The notes under the pieces are model-generated. The model had not been told where the DNA came from. It made no database searches and saw only the letters and a program-made list of their open reading frames with translations. From Pirellulales bacterium (GTDB lineage Bacteria; Planctomycetota; Planctomycetia; Pirellulales; JAICIG01): DNA of 64,000 nucleotides. Below are positions 9,704-22,955 of the stretch, piece after piece. The position numbers were made by a program, and so were the translations under genes. Location of the stretch: NCBI GenBank assembly GCA_040901675.1, contig JBBDYJ010000016.1, forward strand, positions 1-64,000. The letters are read 5' to 3'. Position 1 is the first letter of the stretch; every line of letters begins with the position of its first letter.

Positions 9704-10962
9704 CAGCGTTGAGCCGACCGGACGTCGAAGCAGAACAGCTTGTCCTGGTCGCGGAGGTATAGCCGGCCGTCGGCGATCACCGGATGCGGGTAGGCCGTGC
9801 GGTCGCTGCGCTCGGGCTGCTCGAACGAGGAGATGACCGTGCAGCCTTCGGGAGTGGCCTTCACCAGGTGCACCGTGCCCCCTTCGTTGCGGGCGAAGAA
9901 CATGCCGTCGGCATACAAGAGCGAACAGACGCCGACGGCCCGCTCGCGCCAGAGGGCTTCGCCGGTCTGATAGTCGAGGCAGACGAGAAAACCGGCCTCG
10001 TGGCAGCCGTAGACGTGGCCGTCGACGAGCACGGCGCCGCCGGTTTTGTTCTGCAGTTCGTTTGTGAAGTAGACCTTCTCGGCCGCGATGCCATCGCCCT
10101 GGCGGCTCAGCTCGACCAGGCCCGCGCCGCGGTTGTAGCCGGCCGTGGCGAACACGGTGTCGCCCAGGGCGATGGGGGTAGAGATGTTGGCGGTGCCGCT
10201 GGCCGGCTCGTCATACCGCCACAAGAGCTCGCCATCCTTGGCGCGGACCCCGATCACGCCGTTCATCGTGAACTGCACGTATTGCTTCACGCCGCCCACC
10301 TCGGTGTCGATGATCGACGAGTAGGCGGCCGTGTCGCCGATTTTCGACTGCCAGACGACGTCGCCCGTAAGCTTGTCGAGGGCCAGCATCGTCGCTTCCT
10401 GCCCGCCGGGAGTACACAGCACCCAGGGGCCGTCCACCATCACCGACTCGCTATAGCCCCAGCCGGGCGTCGTGCCGGAAAACTCCTGGACCAGGTCGCG
10501 CTTCCAAACCACCTCGCCGTTGCGTGCATTGAGACAGGCCAGGTCGCCGTTGAGTCCCAAGGCGTAGACCCGTGGGCCATCCACGGTCGGCGTCGATCGG
10601 GGCCCGGGGTAGCCGCCGCCGCCATGCCGGACCGAGCCCAGCGGCGTGGCCCACGCCTGGCGCCCTTCGCGGCGGCGGTCCAGGGCGATCACCCACTCCT
10701 GGCCGTCGCGATTGCCCATCGTAAAGATCCGCTCGCCGGCGATGCTCGGCGTGGAGAAGCCTTCGCCCAGGCCGGTGGCCTTCCACAGCAAAGCCGGGCC
10801 GCCTTCCGGCCAGTTGTCGAGCAAGCCGGTCTCGGCCGAGGCGCCAGTCCGCTCGGGGCCGCGCCACTCGGGCCAGTCGCTTGCGCTTCGATTGGGGAAA
10901 CGGGCCGCCAGCAGGGTCAACGACACGATGGCCGCAAGAGAGGCAGGCAGCTTCATGGGCAT
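9703..10962 (-). CDS. PQQ-binding-like/BamB-like beta-propeller protein, exported
   Basis: Signal peptide, DWPEWRGPERTG, GEGFSTP, GPRSTP, AAYSS, HPVIADGRLYLRD. Confidence 0.88.
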   Translation of the reverse strand: MPMKLPASLAAIVSLTLLAARFPNRSASDWPEWRGPERTGASAETGLLDNWPEGGPALLWKATGLGEGFSTPSIAGERIFTMGNRDGQEWVIALDRRREGRQAWATPLGSVRHGGGGYPGPRSTPTVDGPRVYALGLNGDLACLNARNGEVVWKRDLVQEFSGTTPGWGYSESVMVDGPWVLCTPGGQEATMLALDKLTGDVVWQSKIGDTAAYSSIIDTEVGGVKQYVQFTMNGVIGVRAKDGELLWRYDEPASGTANISTPIALGDTVFATAGYNRGAGLVELSRQGDGIAAEKVYFTNELQNKTGGAVLVDGHVYGCHEAGFLVCLDYQTGEALWRERAVGVCSLLYADGMFFARNEGGTVHLVKATPEGCTVISSFEQPERSDRTAYPHPVIADGRLYLRDQDKLFCFDVRSAQR

Positions 10963-11197
10963 ACCGATTGGGTGGGTTCGTGGTGTGGGAAGCCGGTGGG
11001 GCAGGGGGTGGAGGGTGGTGCGGCGGGTGAGCTATGGCTTGCCAAGCGGGGTAGCCGGATTCGCCAGAATTCGGGCTGCTCTCAGCTTCCCCAGAACTCT
11101 GGCGACGTTGGGCCGTCCGCCCCAGGCGTTCCCGCCGCCTCTATTGTGCACACCCGTCGGAATGAGGCAAGCTTGTTCTGGAGCGAGACCCAGTTTC

Positions 11198-11322
11198 GTG
11201 CCACTGCTTGGAACGGCCGCCCTTGTCCGCCAAAGGCGGACGAGAAGCAGTGCTACCGCGGAGCCCAAGGGCATGTTTGTGCCACTGCTTGGAATCCGCC
11301 TTCGGCGGACAAGAAGCAGTGC
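11198..11322. repeat. REP-like GTGCCACTGCTTGG...AAGCAGTGC units (two copies)
   Basis: Copies at 11198 and 11279; opposite-orientation copies at about 12505-12625 and 52528-52578. Confidence 0.8.
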
Positions 11323-11352
11323 CCGACCACCACTTGCACCGGGCGCTGGGCC

Positions 11353-12267
11353 CTAGCGCTGAATCCTGCAGTTGGGCAAAGCCCGTCGCAACTTGTCGCA
11401 ACCGTCAATGGTGACCTGCGTGCCGTCCAGGCGCAGCGATTGCAGGTTCTTGAGCCCTGCTAAATGCTCGAGGCCGGCGTCGGTGACCCGGGTGTGATTC
11501 AGATCCAGCGTTGTCAAGCTGGGCATCCCAGCCAGTTGCGCAAGTCCAGCGTCGGTGATCTGCGTGCTGCTCAAGCTGACTTTATGGCATGGATGCCCTT
11601 TGAAGTCAGCGGTTCCTTGATAGCTGTTCTGCAAAGTGTGCGAGTCGTCCCAGCGCTGCGAGGGGCGTCGGCGCATCGCCTCATGCCCAGACAAATAGGT
11701 CGATAACGGCGCACTGAACCCTCGTAACAGCATCATATGGGGGCGGACAAAGCCCGAGTCTTCCGTCCGTCCCTCTCGAATACTGCCGACTGTGCCCCGA
11801 AGAATTCGGGTTTTCACGCCGTCAAAGGAAACGATCTTGTCACGGCTGAGGTCGCCAGCAACTGTCGTAGTAGCGCCATCAGTTTCAACGCGAAACAGAG
11901 TGCCCTGGCTAATGTATCGGGTCCGCTTACTGGAGGATAAATGTATTAGCGCCTCCCCAGGTTTTAACGGACGCGGCGTCCGGTCAACGCTAGGGTCGTG
12001 TTGAACGTACTCTTGCAGCAAAACCACCTCGATGTCCTCGTAAATCAGTTCGTTGCGTCGAACCTTCTCGATGATCTCCTTGAGCGCGTCGTCTGCTGCG
12101 GCACGCGACGCCGAGGTCAGAAGGGACGCGATCAGTATCAGCGCATGGGCAGCAAAAACACGAGGAGGCGTTCGCGGGATTCGGGCTGTTCTTAACGCCC
12201 GCGAGAGGACGGGCGTGAGGATGGACAGCGCGATCACGGTGAACGCCGCGCGCTTGCTTCGTGGCAT
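11353..12267 (-). CDS. Exported protein with C-terminal leucine-rich repeats
   Basis: Hydrophobic N-terminus; C-terminal LRRs (TQITDAGLAQLAGMPSLTTLDLNHTRVTDAGLEHLAGLKNLQSLRL). Confidence 0.7.
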   Translation of the reverse strand: MPRSKRAAFTVIALSILTPVLSRALRTARIPRTPPRVFAAHALILIASLLTSASRAAADDALKEIIEKVRRNELIYEDIEVVLLQEYVQHDPSVDRTPRPLKPGEALIHLSSSKRTRYISQGTLFRVETDGATTTVAGDLSRDKIVSFDGVKTRILRGTVGSIREGRTEDSGFVRPHMMLLRGFSAPLSTYLSGHEAMRRRPSQRWDDSHTLQNSYQGTADFKGHPCHKVSLSSTQITDAGLAQLAGMPSLTTLDLNHTRVTDAGLEHLAGLKNLQSLRLDGTQVTIDGCDKLRRALPNCRIQR

Positions 12268-12672
12268 GGTCAGACCTCCACGGCACCCGCGTCTCACCCC
12301 GACCGGTCGAAAAAAGACAGATGCCTCAGCGGTCGCGGCGCAACGATCCTACCAGGAGCATCGGCGAAGGCAACAACAATCGGGGAAATCGGCGGAATCC
12401 GTGCGTCAAGACAAGTAGCCATGAGGCTCTTGCCGGCGGCTGCCTCGTTCGGCGGAAAGCAGGCAAAGCCGCTCGCGGAGCGAGTGGACCACACGCCAGG
12501 ACGAGCACTGCTTCTCGACTACCGGCCACGCCGGCAGCCTCCAAGCAGTGGCACGAACGAATTCAACCCGGATGAGCACTGCTTCTCGGCAGCCGGCCAC
12601 CCCGGCAGCCTCCAAGCAGTGGCACGGAAGGTCTTTTCTAAGACCCAAGATCCAAGATCCAAGAACCAAGAC

Positions 12673-13155
12673 CTAATAAGAGCTTCCGCCGGCCCGGGCG
12701 GCCACGCGGATCTGGGCGCGGGCCTGCAGCTCGATGCGGTCCCGGATCGCCATCAACTCGGGCGTGTGCGCGGGGCGCTGCCGGGCCGAGGCGAGCTGCT
12801 CGGCCGCCACCTCGGCGTCGACCTCCGAGGCCGGCAGGGCCCGGTTGGTGAGCACGGAGACCACGTTGTCGACGACCTGCACGAAACCGCCGTCGACGTA
12901 AAAACGGCGCGTCTGGCCCTGGTGCGTGATCCGCAGCTCGCCATAGCCGAGCCGGCCGATCATCGGAGCGTGCGATGGCGCAATGCCGATCTCGCCGTCA
13001 TACAAGGGCAGGGCCACGAAATCGGCCGGCTGGTCGACGAGCGTCGCTTCCGGCGTGACCACCACCGAGCGCAGCATGCGGCCTGCCGCGGGGCTCAGCG
13101 CGCCGCTCTGGGGTGGCACTTCCACCGCGGAGCCGAGTGTCAGGTCGTCGCTCAT
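12673..13155 (-). CDS. atpC: F1 ATP synthase epsilon subunit
   Basis: VVVTPE, GEIGIAPSHAP, FYVDGGFVQV; last gene of the atp operon. Confidence 0.93.
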   Translation of the reverse strand: MSDDLTLGSAVEVPPQSGALSPAAGRMLRSVVVTPEATLVDQPADFVALPLYDGEIGIAPSHAPMIGRLGYGELRITHQGQTRRFYVDGGFVQVVDNVVSVLTNRALPASEVDAEVAAEQLASARQRPAHTPELMAIRDRIELQARAQIRVAARAGGSSY

Positions 13156-13173
13156 GCCGGTCGATCTCGCGGA

Positions 13174-15604
<2,431 letters not shown>

Positions 15605-15624
15605 CGATTGTTCGCTTGCTGGTC

Positions 15625-16071
15625 TTACTTGAGGAAGCGGATGGTGATCGGGTAGCGATATGCCTCGCCGTTGCTGGCCTTGATCCCGGCGACGATTGCC
15701 AGCACCACGTCGGCGGCCATCAACGCGAGCACCAGCGCGATGGCGAGCGGCAAAAGGACAATGCCGATCACAAGGCAGATCAACATGCCGGAAATGGCCG
15801 GAAGCAGCCACATGTACAGCGACATCGAAATCTGGAAGTTCAACGCTTCCTTGCCCTGGTCGTCGATAAAGGGGTGTTGATCTTTTTTCAAAAGCCAGAT
15901 TACCAGCGGGCCGATGACATTGCCGAACGAAGGCAGCACAAACTGGGCCAGGGCCGCCAGGTGGCAGAACATGGCCCATTGGCGGGCGTCGGCGTCGGGC
16001 ACCGTCTGGCCGGGTGTTTCAGACGCTGCCTGGTAAGGGTTTTCCGAGTCGGGGGTGTAGTTCTGGTCCAT
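15625..16071 (-). CDS. DUF4870-like membrane protein inside the atp operon
   Basis: WAMFCHL...GPLVIWL...FIDDQGKEALNFQI...GEAYRYP. Confidence 0.85.
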   Translation of the reverse strand: MDQNYTPDSENPYQAASETPGQTVPDADARQWAMFCHLAALAQFVLPSFGNVIGPLVIWLLKKDQHPFIDDQGKEALNFQISMSLYMWLLPAISGMLICLVIGIVLLPLAIALVLALMAADVVLAIVAGIKASNGEAYRYPITIRFLK

Positions 16072-16120
16072 TGCATCGGCCTCGGCAAAGGTCGGCTCAA
16101 GCGGGCGCGCGGCCCACACT

Positions 16121-17674
16121 CTAGACTTTCGCCGTAGCCTGCCGTTGCTTGACGGCCTCCTCCTGCTTGCCCGCGAATTGTGCCTGGAAGTCGCGGATCG
16201 CCTGGTCCAGGGCCTGGGCCGTTTCGTCTTCCATCTTGCGGGTTTCAATCAGCCGGGCCCGAATCTCCGGCTTTTGCTCGCGGACGAAAGCCAAAAAGTC
16301 GCGCTCCCATTCGGCCACCTGCTCGCGGGGAATCCTGTCGAGGTGGCCGCGCGTCCCGGCATAAATGCTCAGCACCTCGTCGAACACGTCCATCGGCTGG
16401 TATTGCCCCTGCTTCAACAGCTCCACCATCCGGTAGCCGCGGTCCAGGCGGCTTTGCGTGGCGGCGTCCAGGTCGGTGCCCAGTTGGGCGAACGCTTCCA
16501 GCTCGCGGAAGGCCGCCAGGTCCAGCCGCAACCCGCCCGCCACTTTTTTCATGGCCGGAATCTGGGCGGCGCCGCCCACGCGGGAGACCGAGATTCCCAC
16601 GTTCATGGCCGGCCGCTGGCCGGCAAAGAACAGGTCCGGCTGCAGGTAAATCTGCCCGTCGGTGATCGAGATCACGTTGGTCGGGATATAGGCGGAGACT
16701 TCGCCTTCCAGCGTCTCGATGATCGGCAGCGACGTGAGCGAACCGCCCCCCAGGGCGTCGCTGAGCTTGGCCGACCGCTCCAGCAGGCGGCTGTGGGCGT
16801 AGAACACGTCGCCCGGGTAGGCCTCGCGGCCCGGCGGCCGCCGCATCAACAGCGACAACTCGCGGTAAGCCACCGCCTGCTTCGACAGGTCGTCGTAGAT
16901 GATCAAGGCGTGCTGGCCGTTGTACATGAAGAACTCGGCCATGGCCGTGCCCGCGTAGGGAGCCACGTACTGCAAGGGCGCCGGGTCGCTGGCGCCGGCG
17001 ACGATGACCGTGGTGTAGTCCATCGCGCCGTACTTGCGCAGGTTCTCGATCACGCCGGCCACGGTCGATTCCTTCTGGCCGATGGCGACGTAGAAGCACT
17101 TCACGTCCGAGTCGCGCTGGTTGATGATGGTGTCGATGCCGATGGCGGTCTTGCCCGTCTTGCGGTCGCCGATAATCAACTCGCGCTGGCCGCGGCCGAT
17201 GGGCGTCATGGCGTCGATGGCCTTGATGCCGGTCTGGAGCGGCTCGCGGACGGGATGGCGTTCGGCCACGCCGGGCGCCTGCGATTCGACGGGGCGGCGC
17301 TCGGCCGTGACGATGGGTCCCTTGCCGTCCAGCGGGTTGCCGAGCGGATCGACGACGCGCCCGACAACGGCGTCGCCCACCGGCACGCTGAGGAGCTGGC
17401 CGGTGCTCTTGACTTCGTCTCCCTCGTTGATGCCGAGGAAGTCGCCCAGGATGATCACGCCCACGGAGTGCTCTTCGAGGTTGAAGGCCAGGCCGATCAC
17501 GCCGCTGGGAAACTGGACCATCTCGCCGGCCATGACGCCGGACAGGCCATAGACGCGCGCGATGCCGTCGCCCACTTCCAGGACGCGGCCGACCTCGCGG
17601 ACGTCGATCTGGGACTGGTACTGTTCAATTTCCTGCTGGATGACTGAAGCGATCTCGCCGGCGTTGAATTTCAT
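16121..17674 (-). CDS. atpA: F1 ATP synthase alpha subunit
   Basis: [30 protein letters not shown]. Confidence 0.99.
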   Translation of the reverse strand: MKFNAGEIASVIQQEIEQYQSQIDVREVGRVLEVGDGIARVYGLSGVMAGEMVQFPSGVIGLAFNLEEHSVGVIILGDFLGINEGDEVKSTGQLLSVPVGDAVVGRVVDPLGNPLDGKGPIVTAERRPVESQAPGVAERHPVREPLQTGIKAIDAMTPIGRGQRELIIGDRKTGKTAIGIDTIINQRDSDVKCFYVAIGQKESTVAGVIENLRKYGAMDYTTVIVAGASDPAPLQYVAPYAGTAMAEFFMYNGQHALIIYDDLSKQAVAYRELSLLMRRPPGREAYPGDVFYAHSRLLERSAKLSDALGGGSLTSLPIIETLEGEVSAYIPTNVISITDGQIYLQPDLFFAGQRPAMNVGISVSRVGGAAQIPAMKKVAGGLRLDLAAFRELEAFAQLGTDLDAATQSRLDRGYRMVELLKQGQYQPMDVFDEVLSIYAGTRGHLDRIPREQVAEWERDFLAFVREQKPEIRARLIETRKMEDETAQALDQAIRDFQAQFAGKQEEAVKQRQATAKV

Positions 17675-18263
17675 GGACGCTCCTGTTGATCATCTGTCCC
17701 CGGACTCGTGCCAGGCGCATGGCAACCGAGCCGTCGAATACGGTGTCTCCGACACGTAGCACGACGCCCGCGATCAGGTCCGGGTCGACGACGCGGACCA
17801 GGGTAGGCTCGCCGCCCAGCATGTCACGTAGTTGTTGCTTGATCCGCGCGGCCAGATCTTCGCCCAGCGGAGTCGCCGTGAAGACCTCCACCCGCCGCCG
17901 GCCCAAAAGCTCGTCGTGCAGCCGCCGGGCCGTGCGGTAGATGCCCCGCAGGTAAACGAGCCGGTCGTGGCCGGCCAGCACCTTGAGAAAGTTGAGCAGC
18001 AGCGTCGAGCCGCGGCCGGCCAGCGTCCGGTCGAGCAGGGCGACTTTGTCGTCGGGAGAAACGAGCCTGGAGGCGAGCACCTTTTCGAAGTCGCCGAAGA
18101 CGTCCAGCACGTCGGTGATGAACGAGTGCAATTCCTGGAGCACCGCTTCGGACTGCCCGGCGTTTTCGGCGGCGCCCAACAGCGCGCGGGCATACACGGC
18201 GGCGACCTGCTGGCCGGCCGGATCGACGAATCCGTTTGCCATCTGGCTGGGATTGGCTGCCAT
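17625..18263 (-). CDS. atpH: F1 ATP synthase delta subunit
   Basis: [30 protein letters not shown]; position in operon. Confidence 0.93.
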   Translation of the reverse strand: MAANPSQMANGFVDPAGQQVAAVYARALLGAAENAGQSEAVLQELHSFITDVLDVFGDFEKVLASRLVSPDDKVALLDRTLAGRGSTLLLNFLKVLAGHDRLVYLRGIYRTARRLHDELLGRRRVEVFTATPLGEDLAARIKQQLRDMLGGEPTLVRVVDPDLIAGVVLRVGDTVFDGSVAMRLARVRGQMINRSVHEIQRRRDRFSHPAGN

Positions 18264-18266
18264 GAA

Positions 18267-18953
18267 TCAGTTCCTGCGAGGATCCCCCTTGGGAAAGCTG
18301 GCCATGGCCTCCTCGACGAGCCGGTTGTGATCGGCCGCGCCTAAGTTGGTGCGGATGATCTTTGCGGCCAGGTCGACCGCCATGTTGGCGCTGGTCTCGG
18401 CCAGTTCCTTGAGCGCCTGGGCGGTGGCCGTTTCGATCTCGCGGCGTCCGCGGGCTACCTCGGTTTGGGCGTCGGCGCGGGCCTTCTCCACGATCTCCTG
18501 GGCGGTGTGCTGGGCATCGCGGCGCGCTTCGTCGATGATGCCGCGGACTTCGTCCTGGGCCTTGGCCAGCTTGCGCTCGTACTCGGCCAGCATCACCCTG
18601 GCTTCGTCATGGCTGCGCTGGGCGGCGGCGATCTGCTCGGCGATCCGCCTCTCCCGGCGGTCCAGCCCCGCCGCGATCGGCCCCCAGGCAAATCGCCACA
18701 GGATCAACAACAAGAGCAGAAACACCACGAAGGTGTAGATAGCCAGGTCGCCCTTCAGCTCGCTGGGATCGGTGCTGACTCCCGCCATGCCCAGGTGCCC
18801 ATGCTCATCGTGCGCATCGCCCGCGGCGCCGTGGGCATCGCCCGCGGCCGAGTGATCGGGTTCGGCTGGCGCTTCGGCCTGAGCTGCGGCCGCGGCCTGC
18901 GAAACCCAGGCCGAAAGCCCGATGACACACGCAGCGAACAATCGGTAGCTCAC
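18267..18953 (-). CDS. atpF: Fo ATP synthase b subunit with signal-like N-terminal extension
   Basis: TFVVFLLLLLILWRFAWGPI then coiled coil; GTG start after a GAGAGG SD. Confidence 0.92.
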   Translation of the reverse strand: MSYRLFAACVIGLSAWVSQAAAAAQAEAPAEPDHSAAGDAHGAAGDAHDEHGHLGMAGVSTDPSELKGDLAIYTFVVFLLLLLILWRFAWGPIAAGLDRRERRIAEQIAAAQRSHDEARVMLAEYERKLAKAQDEVRGIIDEARRDAQHTAQEIVEKARADAQTEVARGRREIETATAQALKELAETSANMAVDLAAKIIRTNLGAADHNRLVEEAMASFPKGDPRRN

Positions 18954-19019
18954 GATGGTAGCCTCTCGAACGCTCAATCCACGGGAAAAACGCCAGCGTC
19001 ACGAACCACGCGGGCCGGA

Positions 19020-19313
19020 TCAGCCGCCCAACTGTCGGAAGCAAATGAACAATGCAAAAAAGGTGAAACCTTCGATCAGGGCGGCCGCGATGATCATGGC
19101 CACCTGGATATTGCCGGCCACCTCGGGCTGCCGGGCCATGCTTTCCAGGGCGGAGGCGGCCAGACGGCCGATACCCAGGGCCGCCCCGATTGTCACCAAC
19201 CCCGCGCCGAACGCTCCGCCCAAATCCACCAGAGCCTGTCCCTGGGCCATGGCGGGAGAAGCACAGCTCAGGATTGCCACCACCAGCACCGCCACCCTCA
19301 CATACGTGTTCAC
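19020..19313 (-). CDS. atpE: Fo ATP synthase c subunit
   Basis: GAGLVTIGAALGIG, ARQPE loop, carboxylate in LIEG; GTG start after an AAGGAG SD. Confidence 0.95.
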   Translation of the reverse strand: MNTYVRVAVLVVAILSCASPAMAQGQALVDLGGAFGAGLVTIGAALGIGRLAASALESMARQPEVAGNIQVAMIIAAALIEGFTFFALFICFRQLGG

Positions 19314-19443
19314 GGGTTTGATCTCCTTCGCGTCTGTAACTGTCAATACGATGGTCTGTCGATACGGTGTCCAAGAAACTCAACGTCAACGTGCCAAGCA
19401 ACTCCGGCCGCCGAACCGTCCGTCGGCCGCCGGAAAATACCAG

Positions 19444-20373
19444 TTAGTGGTGGTGCACGGCGGCTCCGATAAACAATGCCGACAAAAACGTAAAGATATA
19501 GGCCTGCAGGAACGCCACCAGCAGCTCCAGCAGGCTGAACAACGTCGAGCTGATCACGCTGATCAGCGCGATCGCGCCCCACTGGGCGGTGCTGGCCGTG
19601 GCGGCGGCCACGATCAAGCCCATGATGCCCAACAACACCAGGTGACCGGCCACCATGTTGGCCAGCAAACGCACGCTCAGGATGGCGTGCTTGATCAATA
19701 AGCCCAGCACTTCCAGGACAAACACCATCAGCTTCAAGGGCCGCAGCAACAAGGGCAGTTCCATGTGCGGGACCTGGTTGATCCAGAATCCGATTGGACC
19801 GAACCGCCACATGCCGGCCAGGAGAGTGGTGGTGAACGTTACCGCGGCCAGTGCCAGAGTGACCCCGAAGGCGCTGGTCGGCGCGCCGGCCCAGGGGACG
19901 AGTCCCAGCAGGTTGCAGCCCAGGATAAAAAAGAACATGGTCCACAACAGCGGCACAAAGCGGTCGGCGTCGTGCTTGCCGATCGCCGGCCTGGCGATTT
20001 CGTCGCGGATAAAGACCAGCACGGCTTCGAACATGTTCCAGAGGCGGCCGCGCGGGGCATCTCCCGAGGAGAGGTTGCGGGCCACACGAATGAAAATCAG
20101 GGCGATCACCGCGGCCGCAAAAAGCTCCAGGATCATGAACTTGGAAATCGCAAAGCCCGATTCCTTGTCGTGCAGGTTCTTGAGCGTGGCAAAGGGCTGC
20201 GGAATGAGAATTTTTCCGGACAGCTCGCGGTTGAAATCCTCCAGCGCGGCCTCGGGGTGGGCTTTGCGGAGAAACTCGGGCACTTCGTCGAGATTCTCGT
20301 AGTTGCGACGCCAAAGGGCCTTCGGAACTTCGAAGTAGTAGCTGTCCTTGATGTGCAGTATCGGATCAGCCAT
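19444..20373 (-). CDS. atpB: Fo ATP synthase a subunit
   Basis: NLLGLVP, LSVRLLANMVAGH, ELLVAFLQAYIFTFL. Confidence 0.97.
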   Translation of the reverse strand: MADPILHIKDSYYFEVPKALWRRNYENLDEVPEFLRKAHPEAALEDFNRELSGKILIPQPFATLKNLHDKESGFAISKFMILELFAAAVIALIFIRVARNLSSGDAPRGRLWNMFEAVLVFIRDEIARPAIGKHDADRFVPLLWTMFFFILGCNLLGLVPWAGAPTSAFGVTLALAAVTFTTTLLAGMWRFGPIGFWINQVPHMELPLLLRPLKLMVFVLEVLGLLIKHAILSVRLLANMVAGHLVLLGIMGLIVAAATASTAQWGAIALISVISSTLFSLLELLVAFLQAYIFTFLSALFIGAAVHHH

Positions 20374-20404
20374 CGAGTCGAGAGCCTAGGGAATGCCGGT
20401 CACT

Positions 20405-20860
20405 TCAGGAGATCTTGGACGGCAACTTAGAACCACAGTTCGAAGCCTTGGACAAAGCCAGCGGCAGCACCAGCACCGTCTCGACCACCAGCGTCAGCAG
20501 AAAAAAAACCAGTATATAAGCAAACACTCCCGAGCCGGCCAGCGTGCCGGCCTGGACGTGCAAGGCCCCGGCCACGGACGCCGGCAGCAGCAGCCGCAGG
20601 AATGTACCCGCCAGCAGGCCATGCGCCGACCAGGCGGTGTTGCGCAGCGTCCAGGCAAGCACCAGCGCGGCGGTCGACGCGAACCAACAAACAACGGCCG
20701 CCACGGCCGCGGCGGCCAGGCCGGCGGCGGCATGGTTGGTATACGCCGGTCCGGCGACGGCCAGGTATCCCAGGGCGATGGCGGCAGCCAGAAGGGCGCA
20801 TGATCGAAGCAAGCTCAAGCGGCAAAGCCTGTCGCGCCACTTGCTGGAGAGCTCGCTCAA
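20405..20860 (-). CDS. AtpI-like membrane protein
   Basis: Four hydrophobic segments, directly upstream of atpB; TTG start overlaps the stop of the preceding gene (start uncertain). Confidence 0.6.
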   Translation of the reverse strand: MSELSSKWRDRLCRLSLLRSCALLAAAIALGYLAVAGPAYTNHAAAGLAAAAVAAVVCWFASTAALVLAWTLRNTAWSAHGLLAGTFLRLLLPASVAGALHVQAGTLAGSGVFAYILVFFLLTLVVETVLVLPLALSKASNCGSKLPSKIS

Positions 20861-21111
20861 CGTCGCTGATCCCTTGGCGGCTTGTGGTTGTTCGGGGGCT
20901 TTTTGGACCGCGTCATGATCAGCAAATACCAGATGCCGCTGGCCACTCCCAGTGCGAAGCCAGCGAGCCCGAAAAAACCAGTTCCCACGCGTTCGTCGAG
21001 CCATATGCCGGCCAGACCGGGCACAACCATGACTGCGGCGACGGCGACAATCCGCGACACCCAGGTGAGCGCTTCGGCCACGGGCGACGGTTGGTCGGGC
21101 GGGATGGTCAC
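20857..21111 (-). CDS. AtpZ/AtpI-family small membrane protein
   Basis: PGLAGIWLDERVGT...GFALG pattern; first gene of the atp operon. Confidence 0.75.
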   Translation of the reverse strand: MTIPPDQPSPVAEALTWVSRIVAVAAVMVVPGLAGIWLDERVGTGFFGLAGFALGVASGIWYLLIMTRSKKPPNNHKPPRDQRR

Positions 21112-21124
21112 GTCTGAAAACGGG

Positions 21125-21153
21125 AATCTAGCGAGACTCAGGGGGGGTGTCAA
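21125..21153 (-). promoter_or_regulatory. Sigma70-type promoter of the atp operon
   Basis: Minus strand TTGACA (21153-21148), 17-bp spacer, TAGATT (21130-21125). Confidence 0.65.
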
Positions 21154-21743
21154 CGGACGGGCGGCTAAGATTCGTGTTTTTTTTCACAAAGTCCTGAATG
21201 GCGTCATAACAGACGATGCCGCTTCGATTTGTGACCCGCAATGGCTGCGGCCAAATGGTGTCGCAGACGGCTGCTCGGCGGGTCCGCTTGATGTACAGGC
21301 GGAAGCTGCCCGAAAAGTGCGCCGACCGGTTTCAACTTACACACCCGGCGGCAGGCCGATTCTGCCCGGCGCCAGGCCCATTCTGGTTGGCGCGAATGTA
21401 GCAGTTTTATGGGATCGGTAGTTTAAGTTGTTGGAACCAAAGGTGATGCGGCGTTGGTTTTTGCCCAAATACGCCCCGTTTGGGACCTTTGTCGTTGCGT
21501 TCTGGCATCACGTCGGTTAAACTCAAACTTGTCAAAATCCTACCTGCCAGACCATGAGCGGCCTTTTGGCACAAAAAACGGCCCGACGCAACGCAAGGTG
21601 CTTTAAATAGTTCGGTAACCGGAAGTTATCGCGACCACAACGACGAGTCAGGGACGACGCTCGGGATGCCTCGACCACGGCTGGCACGCGCCCCTTTTTT
21701 TGAGGACACGTGCAAGCCACGCAACCGGGAGACATGTCCAACA

Positions 21744-22955
21744 ATGACTCCAGATACGCTCAGCAACTACACCTGCAAAGACCTGGCGAAGATGGCCAAA
21801 CGCCGGGGCGTTCGTGGCTGGCACTCGATGCGAAAGGACCAGCTCGTGCAGGCGCTGGTCCGGATGGCCCGGGCCCGCTCGTCGCACGCTACCCGCGCCT
21901 CGGCCGCAAAGATCGGATCACAAGCCAAGCTGAGCGCGGCTGGCAAAGCCAAGAAGGCGGCCGCGCCCCGCCGCTCGGCCGCGGTCGCCGCCTCATCGGC
22001 TCAGGGCGTCAAGCGCACGCGCGACCGCGGCAACGGCCATGCCGCCGCTTCCAAGTCGAAGAACCGCTACCTCAGCCGCCGGCTGGAGCAGGTCAAGGCC
22101 AAGCTGGATCATTCCAAGAACCTGGCCGGCCTGCACGCCAACGGCAAGCCGCGCGTTGCCAAAGACCGCCTGGTGGTGATGGTCCGCGGTCCCTACTGGC
22201 TGCACGCCTATTGGGAGCTGACCCGGCAAGGAGTGGAGCGGGCCCAGGCGGCCATGGGACAGGAATGGCACGCCGCCAGGCCGGTGCTCCGCGTGCTGCA
22301 AGTGTCGGCGGGTGCGACCACCAGCTCGGCGGAGAGCCTGGTGCGCGACATCGAAGTGCACGGCGGCGTGAACAACTGGTACGTGGACGTCAAGGATCCG
22401 CCCAAGAGCTATCGACTCGACATCGGTTACCTGGCTCCCAGCGGCAAGTTCTTCGTGCTGACGCGCAGCAACATCGTCAGCACCCCCAAGGCCGGGTCGA
22501 GCGACGCGCTGGACGAGAACTGGAGCGAGGTGGCCGAGGACTTCGAGAAGATCTACGCGATGAGCGGCGGCTACGCGCCGGAAGGCCCCAGCGCCGAGCT
22601 GCAGGAACTGTTCGAGGAGCGGCTGAGGCGTCCGATGGGTTCGCCGATGGTGACGCGGTATGGCGCGGGGGCCGACGGCTTGCTGCCCAGAAAGCGGGAG
22701 TTCTCCTTCGAGGTCGACGCCGAATTGATCGTGTACGGGGTCACCCAGCCGGACGCCCACGTGACTCTGCAGGGAGACCCCGTGAAGCTGCGTCCGGACG
22801 GCACGTTCACGGTCCGCTTCAGCATGCCCAATTGCCGCCAGGTCATACCCGCGGTGGCCTGCAGCCGCGACGGTTTCGAGCAACGCACGGTGGTGCTGGC
22901 CGTCGAGCGCAACACCAAGACGATGGAGCCCCTGATCCGCGACGGCAACGAGTAA
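21744..22955 (+). CDS. DUF4912-domain protein with Rho-N-like N-terminus
   Basis: DLAKMAKRRGVRGWHSMRKDQLV; DRLVVMVRGPYWLHAYWEL; NNWYV; DAELIVYG. Confidence 0.85.
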   Translation: MTPDTLSNYTCKDLAKMAKRRGVRGWHSMRKDQLVQALVRMARARSSHATRASAAKIGSQAKLSAAGKAKKAAAPRRSAAVAASSAQGVKRTRDRGNGHAAASKSKNRYLSRRLEQVKAKLDHSKNLAGLHANGKPRVAKDRLVVMVRGPYWLHAYWELTRQGVERAQAAMGQEWHAARPVLRVLQVSAGATTSSAESLVRDIEVHGGVNNWYVDVKDPPKSYRLDIGYLAPSGKFFVLTRSNIVSTPKAGSSDALDENWSEVAEDFEKIYAMSGGYAPEGPSAELQELFEERLRRPMGSPMVTRYGAGADGLLPRKREFSFEVDAELIVYGVTQPDAHVTLQGDPVKLRPDGTFTVRFSMPNCRQVIPAVACSRDGFEQRTVVLAVERNTKTMEPLIRDGNE

